From Candidatus Tayloriibacteriota bacterium (GTDB lineage Bacteria; Patescibacteriota; Minisyncoccia; Phycocordibacterales; PALSA-1337): a DNA stretch of 64,000 bases. Under the pieces are notes generated by a model. It was not told the origin of the DNA and did not search any database. It saw only the letters and a list, made by a program, of their open reading frames with translations. Of the stretch, positions 29,477 to 39,495 are shown piece by piece; position 1 is the first letter of the stretch, and every line of letters begins with the position of its first letter. Both the position numbers and the translations under genes were made by a program. Location: the NCBI GenBank assembly GCA_016215455.1, contig JACRJP010000003.1:66657-130656 (forward strand), read 5' to 3'.

Positions 29477-30061
29477 ATGACACCACTTGCTCCAGAAAAA
29501 AAAGAATCGTATCGAGAATTAATTATCACTATTCTCATAATCATCGCGATTCTCTTTCCAATACGTTATTACATAGTTCAACCATTCATTGTAAACGGAG
29601 CTTCAATGGATCCAACATTTACAACAGGACAATATCTTATCGTTGATGAACTCTCTTTCCGTTTTCATAAGCCTGAACGTGGTCAGGTTATTATTCTCAA
29701 GTATCCAAGAGACCCAAGTACTTACTTTATTAAAAGAATTGTTGGCTTACCGAATGACAACATTATGATCAAAGACGGTAAGGTAACAATTACGAACGCA
29801 GAATATCCCGAAGGATTTGAGCTCGAAGAAAACTACGTACAGATCAATCACATCTCTCACGAAACATACCAAATCACCCTTGGTCCCACCGAATACTTCG
29901 TCATGGGTGACAACAGATCACAGAGTTCTGATTCGAGAAGTTGGGGACCGCTTGATCGTGAATTAATTGTAGGACGACCACTACTCCGCCTATTACCACT
30001 AAGTAAGATAGACATATTTCCAGGAACTATCACGAACGACCATGAAAACAACCAAAAGTAG
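29477..30061 (+). CDS. lepB: Signal peptidase I
   Basis: GASMDPT (catalytic Ser), FIKRIVGLP (Lys), MGDNRSQSSDSR. Confidence 0.95.
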   Translation: MTPLAPEKKESYRELIITILIIIAILFPIRYYIVQPFIVNGASMDPTFTTGQYLIVDELSFRFHKPERGQVIILKYPRDPSTYFIKRIVGLPNDNIMIKDGKVTITNAEYPEGFELEENYVQINHISHETYQITLGPTEYFVMGDNRSQSSDSRSWGPLDRELIVGRPLLRLLPLSKIDIFPGTITNDHENNQK

Positions 30062-31292
30062 CCCGAAAAAAGAAAGCAAGAATAAAAAAGATCAAGGTAC
30101 TATCAATCACAATCATCTCGACAAAATTGGCGAGATAGCTTTGTACTATGGTTGTAGTCCTCACGCTCCAATCGAAATCAAAAAAACTGATATTGATACT
30201 GCAAAGGAATTCCTTGATCACGATTATATTGATGATAATGGCAAGGGTGACCGACTTCCTCTCCATGTCGAAGAAAAAGTTGCCCTATTACGTACATACA
30301 CTGAAGAAGAGATGCATACACTTCCTCAACCTGTGATGTTGTATTTCAAATCTGCTTTCAAAAATCCTTTACTCAAAAAAACAAGTGACTATCCTCGCTA
30401 CTGTGATATTGAAATCTTGGGTAATAGCAAAAGTGTAGCTGAAGCAACACTCATTCAAATCGCTCGAGCAATTCTCGCAGAAGAAGGCTATGAAAATATC
30501 TGTATTGATATCAATAGTATTGGTGATAAGGATTCAATGGCACGCTTTACTCGAGATCTCACAAACTACTACCGTAAACACATCAATGATCTCCACACAG
30601 AATGTCGTCAACTTTTGAAGAAAGATCCTTTTGAACTTCTTGCATGTAAAAATGACCGCTGCAAACAATTGAATGAAAATGCACCTCAATCAATGGGGTT
30701 TCTTTCGGAATCGAGTCGTGCACACTTCCAGGAAGTCCTCGAATATCTTGAAGCTCTCGATATCCCCTACCGTATCAATAACGGTCTCATTGGTAATCGA
30801 AAATATTGTTCAGAAACTATTTTTGAAATTATTAATCTTGACCACGAAACAAAACCGAAAGAACAACGGACCCTTGCTATCGGAGTTCGTTATGACGGAC
30901 TCTCAAAAAAGATGGAATTCAAACGAGAAATTCCAGGAGTTGGTCTTTCAATACTTATTAAAGGTAAACGCGAAGAACTTCGCAAAGAAGTAAAGAAAAC
31001 AAAAATCCCTCAAGTGTATTTTATTCAACTTGGCTTTGAAGCAAAACTCGCAAGTCTTAAGGTAATTGAAATTCTTCGTAAGGCAAAGATCCCTGTATAT
31101 CAGTCACTTCCAAAAGATAAACTTGGGGCTCAAGTATCTATGGCTGAAAAAAATCAAACCCCCTTCACTATCATCATTGGTAAAAAAGAAGCTATGGAAG
31201 GTACCGCAATTGTCCGAGATACCGCTACTCGCTCTCAGGAAACTATCAAAATTGAGGATTTGGCGGTGTACCTCAAGAAAGCTTCAGAATAA
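30042..31292 (+). CDS. Degenerate histidyl-tRNA synthetase paralog with anticodon-binding domain
   Basis: HisRS-like layout (INSIGD, YLEALDIPY, VRYDGL, PGVGLS, C-terminal HGTP anticodon domain) but motif 2 not recognisable. Confidence 0.75.
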   Translation: MKTTKSSPKKESKNKKDQGTINHNHLDKIGEIALYYGCSPHAPIEIKKTDIDTAKEFLDHDYIDDNGKGDRLPLHVEEKVALLRTYTEEEMHTLPQPVMLYFKSAFKNPLLKKTSDYPRYCDIEILGNSKSVAEATLIQIARAILAEEGYENICIDINSIGDKDSMARFTRDLTNYYRKHINDLHTECRQLLKKDPFELLACKNDRCKQLNENAPQSMGFLSESSRAHFQEVLEYLEALDIPYRINNGLIGNRKYCSETIFEIINLDHETKPKEQRTLAIGVRYDGLSKKMEFKREIPGVGLSILIKGKREELRKEVKKTKIPQVYFIQLGFEAKLASLKVIEILRKAKIPVYQSLPKDKLGAQVSMAEKNQTPFTIIIGKKEAMEGTAIVRDTATRSQETIKIEDLAVYLKKASE

Positions 31293-31368
31293 GCCTCAGT
31301 TGAGTCATTTTTAAACCTTCCGTCGAAGGCCTTGCAAAAACAGTCTAATATGGTATTCTAAAAACCTC

Positions 31369-31614
31369 ATGATAAACGTAGAAATCACAAGAAATCCCAA
31401 CGAAAATGGCATCAGCGTCATCCGACGTTTTACCAAGAAAGTGCAGAGTTCAGGAGTTCTCCCACGCGTACGAAGTATTCGTTACAGTGACCGAACTCTC
31501 TCTCCTTACAAAGTAAAGATGAAGACTTTGAAGACAATCAACCGAAAGGCTGAAATCGCAGAGCTCATTAAGATGGGTAAGATGGCCGAAAAGCCTTCAC
31601 GTTACTCAAAGTAA
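31369..31614 (+). CDS. rpsU: Ribosomal protein bS21-like
   Basis: Short basic protein, NE...VIRRFTKKVQSSGVL. Confidence 0.7.
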   Translation: MINVEITRNPNENGISVIRRFTKKVQSSGVLPRVRSIRYSDRTLSPYKVKMKTLKTINRKAEIAELIKMGKMAEKPSRYSK

Positions 31615-31630
31615 CAATTACAATAACTTC

Positions 31631-32020
31631 GTGAAGACGGAACCTACGTTCACCCTCACTAATGTAACAAAAGCCAAGCTTCCCCGCTTGGCTTTTGCCG
31701 ATATGAAAGACGCCATCCTTGGTCCTGACTACACTCTCGACTTCTCTATTGTTGATACAGAAACAATTCATCACCTTAATCGCACAACTCGAGGTATTGA
31801 TGCTCCGACTGATATTTTAAGTTTTCCTTTGAGTGACACTGAAGGAGAAATATATCTTAATCCTGAATATACTGAAATTGAAGCAAAGAAATTTGACCGA
31901 GATTATGATAATTTTGTTGGTTTTTTATTTATCCACGGACTTGTTCATTTGAAAGGATTCGATCATGGTAGTACAATGGAACGTATAGAGGCCAAATTCC
32001 GCAAACAGTTTGGTATTTAG
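31631..32020 (+). CDS. ybeY: rRNA maturation RNase YbeY
   Basis: PTDILSF, GEIY, IHGLVHLKGFDH. Confidence 0.92.
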   Translation: MKTEPTFTLTNVTKAKLPRLAFADMKDAILGPDYTLDFSIVDTETIHHLNRTTRGIDAPTDILSFPLSDTEGEIYLNPEYTEIEAKKFDRDYDNFVGFLFIHGLVHLKGFDHGSTMERIEAKFRKQFGI

Positions 32021-32046
32021 TACTGGTTCCTTTTGCACTCCACCAT

Positions 32047-33228
32047 ATGTCCCGACCAATAATTACAGGTATCGATATCGGTACCTATCATGTTAAAGTC
32101 GTCATTGCACACCCTGCAACGAAGTCTTCATCAGCACCTGTCATCATAGGAACAGGTGTTTCAGAATCTCGTGGTATTCGACATGGGTACATTACGAGTG
32201 TTCATGATATCGGCCGCAGTATCCGTGCTGCTCTTGATGAAGCAGAACGAAAAGCTAAAGTAAAAGTAAAGCGAGCCTTCATTTCTATTGGTGGTATTGG
32301 TCTCGGAAGTATTACTTCACAAGGAGCAACGATTGTTACTCGTGCTGATAATGAAATTACCCAACTCGATGTCAAAAAAGCTCACGAACAAAGTGAGCAT
32401 GACATACAAGCTTCTGCGATTCTCAATCGTAAAATCATTCACTCTGTTCCATTGGAATATAAGATTGATGGGAAAAAAGTGCTTGGAAAACCAGAAGGTA
32501 TGAAAGCTCAGCGTCTTGAAGTAAAGATGCTATTCATTACTTGTCTCGAACATCACTTGAATGATCTCATTCAAGCTGTTGAAGAAGCTGGTGTTGAAGT
32601 TGAAGATGTCATGGCATCTCCTCTCGCAGCAAGTCTTGTAACTCTCACAAAATCTCAAAAAATTGCAGGCTGTGTTCTTGCAAACATTGGAGCTGAAACT
32701 GTTTCAATTGCAGTATTTGAAAATAATATTCCAATTTCACTTGAAGTATTCCCTATCGGTTCTACCGATATTACAAACGACATTGCCCTTGGTCTCAAAG
32801 TCCCTCTTGAAGAAGCTGAACAAATTAAAATTGGTGCAATTACTGGTACGTCATATCCTCGAAAGAAACTCGAAGAAATTATCTATGCTCGTCTCTCAGA
32901 TATATTTGATCTCATCGAAGCTCACCTCAAAAAGATTGGCCGAAGTGGTCTTCTTCCAGCAGGTATTATCATCACCGGTGGTGGTGCAGGTCTAGGTAGT
33001 ATTGAAGACATGGCAAAGATTTCTCTTCGACTCCCTTCACGTATAGGAAGTGTCATGAGCTCTCAAGACTCTCGAGAAAGCTTTAAAGACGCTACATGGG
33101 CCGTAGCATATGGTTTGTGCCTCTTTGGTATCAGTGCTGATGAAGGACCCTCTCTTGATAGCGGTGCCCGTCTTGTTCGCACAACCAAAAACAATATCAT
33201 TGCTTGGTTGAAACAGTTTCTCCCGTAA
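32047..33228 (+). CDS. ftsA: Cell division protein FtsA
   Basis: GIDIGT, RGIRHG, NIGAET, ITNDIA, IITGGGA. Confidence 0.95.
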   Translation: MSRPIITGIDIGTYHVKVVIAHPATKSSSAPVIIGTGVSESRGIRHGYITSVHDIGRSIRAALDEAERKAKVKVKRAFISIGGIGLGSITSQGATIVTRADNEITQLDVKKAHEQSEHDIQASAILNRKIIHSVPLEYKIDGKKVLGKPEGMKAQRLEVKMLFITCLEHHLNDLIQAVEEAGVEVEDVMASPLAASLVTLTKSQKIAGCVLANIGAETVSIAVFENNIPISLEVFPIGSTDITNDIALGLKVPLEEAEQIKIGAITGTSYPRKKLEEIIYARLSDIFDLIEAHLKKIGRSGLLPAGIIITGGGAGLGSIEDMAKISLRLPSRIGSVMSSQDSRESFKDATWAVAYGLCLFGISADEGPSLDSGARLVRTTKNNIIAWLKQFLP

Positions 33229-33246
33229 GATTATCCTCAATACTGA

Positions 33247-34194
33247 CTACTCTGTATCACACGAGAAAGATGAGATTGCTTTTGGCTGTACTCTACCACC
33301 GAGAGACACATCATCAACACACCAGTGTCCTGGTTCTGTTTTAAGCTTTACTGAAAGTGCCCAGTGATTCTCATTATTAAAACACTGATATTGTGTTGTT
33401 AGAAACTTATTAAGTGTTGCAATCATCTGGGGATCGTTACAGAAATTAATCGCTCCTCCTTCTACCCCAGGGTCACTCGCTATATAATTTGACCGCATCT
33501 GAATAAGTGCTGCTCGAACTCCTGCATCATATGCCTTAGCTCGTGCTGTATCCAATGCAACAAGAACAACACTCGAGAAGACTCCTACTATTGCTATGAT
33601 GAAAAGTAGGATAACTACAGTCCCGATGACAACAGCAATGGGGTGTGTCTTGCCTTTCTCACGTGGATTAATCTGAGCAATCTCTTCTGGTGTATATTCA
33701 GCAGGAACCACCATTGTTTTGGTTATCTGATCATGCCAACCATATGGATATTCACCAAAAAGATACGAAAACTGTTCAAATGGAATTAAACGTGCAAATG
33801 TTCTTCCAACAACTCTCCAAAACTTTGGTTTAGAACCATCAAGACAAACAACTTTGGTATCACTCGCCCACTTACCAGGAGTACGCTGCCATATAGTTTC
33901 AAAGAAGATGTAATAGGCAGGGTATGCAACGATGAGAAGAAGCCAAGCTATAAAGAATGTTGTTCTTGCAGAATATCCTTGTCCTGAAAATAGAAAAGTT
34001 ACTCCAACAAATATACCAATGAAAATCACGGCGAGAATTCCATATCCAACTCGATCGATCAAATAGTTAACTAAACGTTGCCATATTGTCGCCGAATGAC
34101 GTGCTGTCAGAGACTCTCCTGTTGTTTGCGCCCCACACTTTCCACATAATTTTGTTCCTTCTCCAACAGGTTGGCCACACTTTTGACAATTCAT
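33247..34194 (-). CDS. Zinc-ribbon + RDD-family membrane protein with pilin-like C-terminal domain
   Basis: CQKCG...CGKCG; QRLVNYLID, QRTPGK, WHD; then IVGVFSSVVLVALDTARAKAYD pilin-like helix and WCVD. Confidence 0.75.
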   Translation of the reverse strand: MNCQKCGQPVGEGTKLCGKCGAQTTGESLTARHSATIWQRLVNYLIDRVGYGILAVIFIGIFVGVTFLFSGQGYSARTTFFIAWLLLIVAYPAYYIFFETIWQRTPGKWASDTKVVCLDGSKPKFWRVVGRTFARLIPFEQFSYLFGEYPYGWHDQITKTMVVPAEYTPEEIAQINPREKGKTHPIAVVIGTVVILLFIIAIVGVFSSVVLVALDTARAKAYDAGVRAALIQMRSNYIASDPGVEGGAINFCNDPQMIATLNKFLTTQYQCFNNENHWALSVKLKTEPGHWCVDDVSLGGRVQPKAISSFSCDTE

Positions 34195-34332
34195 AGTATA
34201 TGTTCTATTTATTAATATAATAATCTTATACTACAAACCTTTTTATTAAAAGCTTGTCAAAGCATAGACTCTTTCCTTTTTCTAAGCGTTTTTGGTATGA
34301 TAGGGGGACTTATAACGTAAGTAACGACCAAC

Positions 34333-35553
34333 ATGCCCAACATCACCCCAGAAATAGAAGCGTTCGCACGAATCAAAGTCCTCGGAGTCGGAGGTTCCGG
34401 AGGAAATGCTGTGAATCACATGGTCAATTCCAAAGTAAAAGGAGTTGATTTCATTACGATTAACACAGATGCTCAGGATCTTCACCGATCTCTCGCAAAG
34501 AAAAAGATTCATATTGGTAAAAACCTCACTCGAGGTCTTGGTACTGGTATGAATCCAGAGATGGGACGTCGTGCTGCTGAAGAAACTCGTGAAGAAATTC
34601 AGGATGCTATTAAAGGTGCGGACATGGTCTTCGTTGCATGTGGTCTTGGTGGTGGAACTGGAAGTGGAACAAGTCCTCTCATTGCTCGTACTGCAAAAGA
34701 ACTCGGTGCTCTCACTGTTGGTGTTGTTACTCGACCATTCTTCTTCGAAGGTCAACAGCGATCAAAGATTGCTGAAGCAGCTCTTGATGAACTTCGAAAA
34801 GAAGTTGATGCAATTATCGTTATTCCCAACGACAGACTTCTCTCAATCATTGATAAGAACACAACAATGAAGAATGCCTTCGCTATGTGTGACGAAATAC
34901 TTCGTCAGGCAGTTGAAGGTATTTCTGATCTCATCACTACTCCAGGTATCATCAACATCGACTTCGCCGACATTCGCGCAGTCATGGAAAGTGCAGGTTC
35001 AGCCCTCATGGGTATTGGAAGTGCTTCAGGAGAAAACCGTGCTATGGAAGCTGCAAAAATGGCTATCAATTCCCCTCTTCTCGATCTTTCAATCAACGGA
35101 GCAAAGGGTGTACTCTTCTCTATTGCTGGAGGTGAAGATCTCACTATGTTCGAAATCCAAGATGCTGCTAAGGTTATTACAGAATCAATCGATCCTCAGG
35201 CAAAGGTTATCTTCGGTACAATCCGCGACGAGAAGCTTAAGAAAAACGAAATTCGTATTACAGTCATTGCTGCAGGTTTCCCAGACAGTTCTCTTAATCA
35301 ATCAACTAACGGTGTCGCAGCGGCTCCCGCAACTCAATCTGCACCACAAGCAAAGAAACCTTTTCAGTCATCTGATGTTGCACCAGCACGAGAAGAAAAG
35401 AAGAGTATTTTCAATAGTGTAACTCCTCCAACACCAGCTCCTCAACCTATCAAAGACGTGAAGGTAGAAGAAAAAAAAGACACTTCTCGTAACGATGATG
35501 ACGATGATTGGGGTGCAGTTCCAGCGTTTCTCCGACGTTCAAAGATTAAGTAA
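34333..35553 (+). CDS. ftsZ: Cell division protein FtsZ
   Basis: GVGGSGGNAV, GLGGGTGSG, NIDFAD, C-terminal VPAFLRR. Confidence 0.98.
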   Translation: MPNITPEIEAFARIKVLGVGGSGGNAVNHMVNSKVKGVDFITINTDAQDLHRSLAKKKIHIGKNLTRGLGTGMNPEMGRRAAEETREEIQDAIKGADMVFVACGLGGGTGSGTSPLIARTAKELGALTVGVVTRPFFFEGQQRSKIAEAALDELRKEVDAIIVIPNDRLLSIIDKNTTMKNAFAMCDEILRQAVEGISDLITTPGIINIDFADIRAVMESAGSALMGIGSASGENRAMEAAKMAINSPLLDLSINGAKGVLFSIAGGEDLTMFEIQDAAKVITESIDPQAKVIFGTIRDEKLKKNEIRITVIAAGFPDSSLNQSTNGVAAAPATQSAPQAKKPFQSSDVAPAREEKKSIFNSVTPPTPAPQPIKDVKVEEKKDTSRNDDDDDWGAVPAFLRRSKIK

Positions 35554-35562
35554 TAACTTCGA

Positions 35563-36489
35563 GTGATATACGATCTTACAATCATTGGTGGTGGTCCTGC
35601 CGGCATTGCAGCTGGTGTCTACGCTTCACGAAAGCGTTTGAAGACCCTTTTCATTACCAAAGATTTTCTTGGTCAAAGCTCTGTCTCAGAAGGTATTGAG
35701 AATTGGATTGGTACCGTAAAGATTAGTGGTACACAGCTCTCTAAGGATCTTGAAAATCACCTCAAAGCATACGCTGGTGACATCGTTGATATCAAAGCTG
35801 GAGAATCATGTGAAGTGGTACATACAAATACTGATGGGACATTTGATATACAGACAAATAAAGGTTCATACTCTTCAAAAACCATACTTGTAACAACAGG
35901 TAGTGCTCGACGCAAACTTGAAATACCAGGTGCTGATCGCCTTGAACACAAAGGCCTCACGTATTGTGCTACGTGTGACGGACCTCTCTTTGCAGATCAA
36001 GATGTGATTGTTGTTGGTGGTGGAAATGCTGCATTTGAAAGTGCTGCTCAGCTTTTGGCATACTGCAAAAGTGTTACACTCATCAATCGAGGAAGTTCAT
36101 TCCGTGCTGACCCTGTCACTGTAGCAAAACTCTCTGAAAATCCTAAATTAAAGATTATTACCAACGCTATCTCTAAAGAAGTACTTGGTGAGAAGTTTGT
36201 GTCTGGTTTTGTATATACCAACAACACAACAGGTACAGATGTCACTCTTTCAGTAACTGGTATCTTCGTTGAGATTGGATCAGTGCCAACTACCTATTTC
36301 GTTAAAGATACAGTAAAGCTCGACCAATGGAACCATATCATGGTTGATCCACGAACCCAGCAAACATCACAGTCTGGAATCTGGGCTGCTGGTGATTGTA
36401 CTGATGGCCTCTATCATCAAAACAACATTGCTGCAGGAGACGCTGTAAAGGCACTCGAAGATATTTACGTACACCTTACGACTAAATAG
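35563..36489 (+). CDS. trxB: Thioredoxin reductase
   Basis: IIGGGPAG, YCATCDG, VGGGNAA, AAGD. Confidence 0.9.
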   Translation: MIYDLTIIGGGPAGIAAGVYASRKRLKTLFITKDFLGQSSVSEGIENWIGTVKISGTQLSKDLENHLKAYAGDIVDIKAGESCEVVHTNTDGTFDIQTNKGSYSSKTILVTTGSARRKLEIPGADRLEHKGLTYCATCDGPLFADQDVIVVGGGNAAFESAAQLLAYCKSVTLINRGSSFRADPVTVAKLSENPKLKIITNAISKEVLGEKFVSGFVYTNNTTGTDVTLSVTGIFVEIGSVPTTYFVKDTVKLDQWNHIMVDPRTQQTSQSGIWAAGDCTDGLYHQNNIAAGDAVKALEDIYVHLTTK

Positions 36490-36498
36490 TATATAAAG

Positions 36499-36527
36499 AA
36501 ATCCCCACTGAATGTGGGGATTTTTTT
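36499..36527. terminator. Bidirectional intrinsic terminator
   Basis: aaatccccac-tgaat-gtggggattt(tttt). Confidence 0.8.
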
Positions 36528-37263
36528 ATTCAAGAAACTTCTCGACGACCATCAATTGTTCAGGGGTATTCGCACCCAAAGCTTCATGAGCAGGAATAGT
36601 TACATGAGCAATGGTTTTACCTTCCTTAATCGCAAAAGCAACAAGATCAGTGAGATAGTATTCTTTTTGAGAATTAGTATTTGAAAGTTTCGGAAGAGAC
36701 TCCGTGAGCCATTGCTTATCGAAACAGAAATAACAAGGATTGAGTTCTGTTATCGCCAATTGTTCAGGTGTTGCATCTTTTTTCTCAACACTTTTTTCAA
36801 TTGAACCTTGTGCATTGCGCACAATTCGTCCGAAGTCATAGAATGGAGCACGCCATTCATTGAAGTCATCTACCTTTACTGTAGCCATAGTAATGGCAGG
36901 CTTTGTATCCTTGTGTGTAGCAGCTAATGCACGAAGTGTTTCCGAACTAATGAGAGGTTGATCACAGTACACAACTATAACCGCCTGAGCATCCTCATTG
37001 ACCGCAGACAGACCAGTTCGAACTGCGTGTCCTGTACCCAATTGTTCTGTTTGTTCTGCATAGCGAAATGAGTCTCCGAGAGCTTTTCGTACACTATCAG
37101 CACTATATCCCACCACCACAACAGGCTCATTTAATTGAGCTTCTTCGAGTGCCTTGAGGACGTACGAGACCATAGGGCGACCCTTCACTGGAACAAGTGC
37201 CTTAGGTATAGGACCACCCATTCTTTTACCTTGTCCTGCTGCCAATACAACAATATCGATCAT
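36526..37263 (-). CDS. GlmU-like uridylyltransferase domain only (no acetyltransferase domain)
   Basis: LAAGQGKRM..PKAL, EQLGTGHAV, FGRIVR, VEKKDA, NSQKEYYLTD; ends at 245 aa. Confidence 0.85.
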   Translation of the reverse strand: MIDIVVLAAGQGKRMGGPIPKALVPVKGRPMVSYVLKALEEAQLNEPVVVVGYSADSVRKALGDSFRYAEQTEQLGTGHAVRTGLSAVNEDAQAVIVVYCDQPLISSETLRALAATHKDTKPAITMATVKVDDFNEWRAPFYDFGRIVRNAQGSIEKSVEKKDATPEQLAITELNPCYFCFDKQWLTESLPKLSNTNSQKEYYLTDLVAFAIKEGKTIAHVTIPAHEALGANTPEQLMVVEKFLE

Positions 37264-37302
37264 AAATGTAAAAATGAGTATATCACAATCTCCACCTCGT
37301 CT

Positions 37303-37815
37303 CTACTTCTTTTTACTTGCTTTTTTTGTTGTAACTTCTTTCACAAGAGGAGCACTTTCTACAACAGGTTCTGTTGTGAGAGTTTGAGAGAGGTTATAGA
37401 CAGAAGAAATGAGTTTCTCGAGTTTTGTATTGATTCCTTCAAGTTGTTTCTTAAGTTCATCAATATTTCCACCATTACTTTGTGAAGTACTTGGCGTTGA
37501 ATATGCTCCAGGTGATTTGAAGTCACGTCGTTCTCGTCGATCTGGTCGATCTGATCGGTCTCCACCCATAGCAGCACGTCCAGCAAAACAATCGCGGCAG
37601 TATACAGGCTTTTCACCTGTTGGTCGGAATGGCACCTCACACGCCTTATGACAACTACTACATGTTGCAGCATGCATTGTTGCTGGGCCACGATCAGCTC
37701 CTCCCTTATTAAATCCTCTACCTCCAAACTTCTTACCTCCTCCTCGAAATCCCCCTTTAAAACCGCCATTTCGCCCACCTCGAGTAAATTTATCCATATA
37801 TGTTATTGAGGTCAT
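37303..37815 (-). CDS. CxxC-x17-CxxC zinc-ribbon protein with Gly/Arg-rich N-terminus
   Basis: CSSCHKACEVPFRPTGEKPVYCRDCF; alternative start at 37797. Confidence 0.85.
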   Translation of the reverse strand: MTSITYMDKFTRGGRNGGFKGGFRGGGKKFGGRGFNKGGADRGPATMHAATCSSCHKACEVPFRPTGEKPVYCRDCFAGRAAMGGDRSDRPDRRERRDFKSPGAYSTPSTSQSNGGNIDELKKQLEGINTKLEKLISSVYNLSQTLTTEPVVESAPLVKEVTTKKASKKK

Positions 37816-37841
37816 ACACTACCACACTTATGGCAAAATGA

Positions 37842-38207
37842 CTACTTTATACCCCGAGAACTCTCAAGAATCTTACGTACAATTTCTAACTTGGGATTAG
37901 GTTTCAATCCTCTTTCTTCTCTCATAGCAATCTGTGAATGTACTTCAGCAAGTTTTTTCTGTATCCATTTCTCAAATTCTTCAGGAGTCTGACTCTGAAG
38001 CTTTTTTAATTCTATATACTGTTCATCCATTATGACCCCTGGATTATTACGAATCATTGCAATAGCGATACCTGCAATGATGATAGCAGCCGCAAAGTTA
38101 TACGGAGATTGTATATTGGTATACACAATGTAACAGAGGGCAGCACCAATAGCTGCGTATATAAATTGTCTGAGAGTTAACGGACCGAAGATTTTTTCTT
38201 CATCCAT
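37842..38207 (-). CDS. PrgI-like membrane protein
   Basis: EEKIFGPLTLRQFIY followed by two TM helices. Confidence 0.65.
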   Translation of the reverse strand: MDEEKIFGPLTLRQFIYAAIGAALCYIVYTNIQSPYNFAAAIIIAGIAIAMIRNNPGVIMDEQYIELKKLQSQTPEEFEKWIQKKLAEVHSQIAMREERGLKPNPKLEIVRKILESSRGIK

Positions 38208-38210
38208 ATA

Positions 38211-38948
38211 TTATTTCTTGATAAATCCTTCAAGTGCCTTGAGAGCTTCAACTGGAACCATATACACCACAGTATTACTCTGATCAGATGCCATATCATT
38301 GATTGACTGTAGTGTTCTCAAATGAAGTGCTCCTGGAGTCTTAGCGAGCATTTCTGCAGCTTGAGCGATGTTTTGAGAAGCAGCCAATTCCCCTTCTGAG
38401 TTGATGATAACAGCTCGCTTTTCTCGTTCAGCTTCTGCTTGTTTACCAATTGTGCGTTCCATGTCAGCAGGCAAACTTACATCCTTCAATTCTACATTCT
38501 GGACTTTCAATCCCCACGCACCTGTTTCCATATCGACAATTTCTCGAATTCGATCAGCAATCTTATCGCGACTTGAGAGAAGTTCATCAAGTGTTACCTC
38601 ACCAACAATATTTCGCATTGTTGTCTGAGCATACTGAGAAATTGCATAGCGAAAATCTTCCACTTCAACAATAGCTTTGTTTGCATCACTTACTTTATAG
38701 TAAATAACAGCATTAACTCGAACTGATACGTTATCTTTTGTAATCGCATTCTGATCAGGAACATCAACAGCCTTTGTTCGGATATCAACTTTCTGATAGC
38801 TCTGAATAACTGGCCATACGATTCTCCAACCCGGTTCCATGATAGAGGTAAACTTTCCAAAGGTGAATTTAACCCCTCTTTGATACTGGTTAATCTGACG
38901 GATGCTTGTAATGACCAAAAACACAACAATCGCAATGATGATATACAT
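38211..38948 (-). CDS. SPFH/stomatin-like (slipin) protein
   Basis: ITKDNVSVRVNAV, AQTTMRNIVG, QAEAEREKRA, ALHLRTLQ. Confidence 0.92.
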   Translation of the reverse strand: MYIIIAIVVFLVITSIRQINQYQRGVKFTFGKFTSIMEPGWRIVWPVIQSYQKVDIRTKAVDVPDQNAITKDNVSVRVNAVIYYKVSDANKAIVEVEDFRYAISQYAQTTMRNIVGEVTLDELLSSRDKIADRIREIVDMETGAWGLKVQNVELKDVSLPADMERTIGKQAEAEREKRAVIINSEGELAASQNIAQAAEMLAKTPGALHLRTLQSINDMASDQSNTVVYMVPVEALKALEGFIKK

Positions 38949-39031
38949 AATATGTGTTTATAACGATAATCTATATACGTAATATAGCATAAATTTTGCA
39001 TTACAAGTCCAACTGTCTTACTATACCTAAT

Positions 39032-39493
39032 ATGATATACAATATCCCTGGTGTTGGTGAACTCAAGCTCACAACACTCATTCTTGATCTTAATGGCACC
39101 CTCACGGTAAAAGGAATCATTCCTCCGGGAGTCAAAGAACGACTTGCTCAGCTCAAGACACTTGGCTATCGTGTCTTGTTTTTCACTGGCAACACTCGCA
39201 ACAACGCAGACACAATAGCATCTGAACTTGGCATTGAATGGATCCTAGCAGAAACAGGAGAAGCAAAACGTGACGAAGCTCTTAAGCTTACTCCATCTAC
39301 ATGCGTTACTATTGGTAACGGTCTCATTGATCTCGAATTAATGAAAACTGTCAGACTTAGAATCGTTACACTTCAAGCTGAGGGTGTACACACTCAAACA
39401 CTACTGAACTCTGATATTGTCGTTCCTACAATTCTTGACGCCTTCGATGTACTTATTGATCCAGCAATTCTCGTTGCAACGTTACGGAAGTAA
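39032..39493 (+). CDS. HAD-family hydrolase (soluble P-type ATPase-like)
   Basis: LDLNGTL, TGN, IGNGLID. Confidence 0.8.
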   Translation: MIYNIPGVGELKLTTLILDLNGTLTVKGIIPPGVKERLAQLKTLGYRVLFFTGNTRNNADTIASELGIEWILAETGEAKRDEALKLTPSTCVTIGNGLIDLELMKTVRLRIVTLQAEGVHTQTLLNSDIVVPTILDAFDVLIDPAILVATLRK

Positions 39494-39495
39494 AG

